From NCBI GenBank assembly GCA_000934665.2, contig KZ537991.1, positions 124,001 through 174,431 of the forward strand: 50,431 nt of DNA. Reading direction: 5' to 3'. This document shows, piece by piece, positions 50,343 through 50,431 of this stretch (positions within the stretch are counted from its first letter, which is position 1; every line of letters begins with the position of its first letter). This DNA is from Catajapyx aquilonaris. Taxonomy: Eukaryota. The position numbers were made by a program, and so were the translations under genes. The notes under the pieces are model-generated. The model made no database searches. It saw only the letters and a list, made by a program, of their open reading frames with translations, and had not been told where the DNA came from.

Positions 50343-50431
50343 CGCGAAGTGAAATGAACGCAAAAAGGGTGTTATAGAACGCGCCCCGTCATTGTTGTAA
50401 AACGCTTCGCTCGTGTTAGCAACCGTCCCAT

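Overview
This 50.4 kb window looks like non-coding nuclear DNA from an animal, most likely an invertebrate. CpG is plentiful, GC is roughly 40-45% by eye, and poly-A/T, poly-C/G and (GA)n tracts are frequent. I recognise no protein-coding gene, rRNA, intact tRNA, known miRNA or CRISPR array. The six-frame ORFs are short and dominated by homopolymer-derived K/F/P/G runs, as expected by chance. The window is best read as a long intergenic or intronic stretch. What the sequence does support is a set of short non-autonomous DNA-transposon (MITE) insertions: a hAT-type one with a perfect 8-bp target-site duplication, a PIF/Harbinger-type full hairpin and a Tc1/pogo-type one. There are also several older decayed foldbacks, a decayed tRNA-derived SINE head, a 16-bp tandem array, a 24-bp perfect palindrome, microsatellites and clusters of transcription-factor-like motifs. 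All four N gaps sit at poly-C/G runs, suggesting a short-read assembly. I found no convincing novel biological system; the findings are modest structural curiosities.
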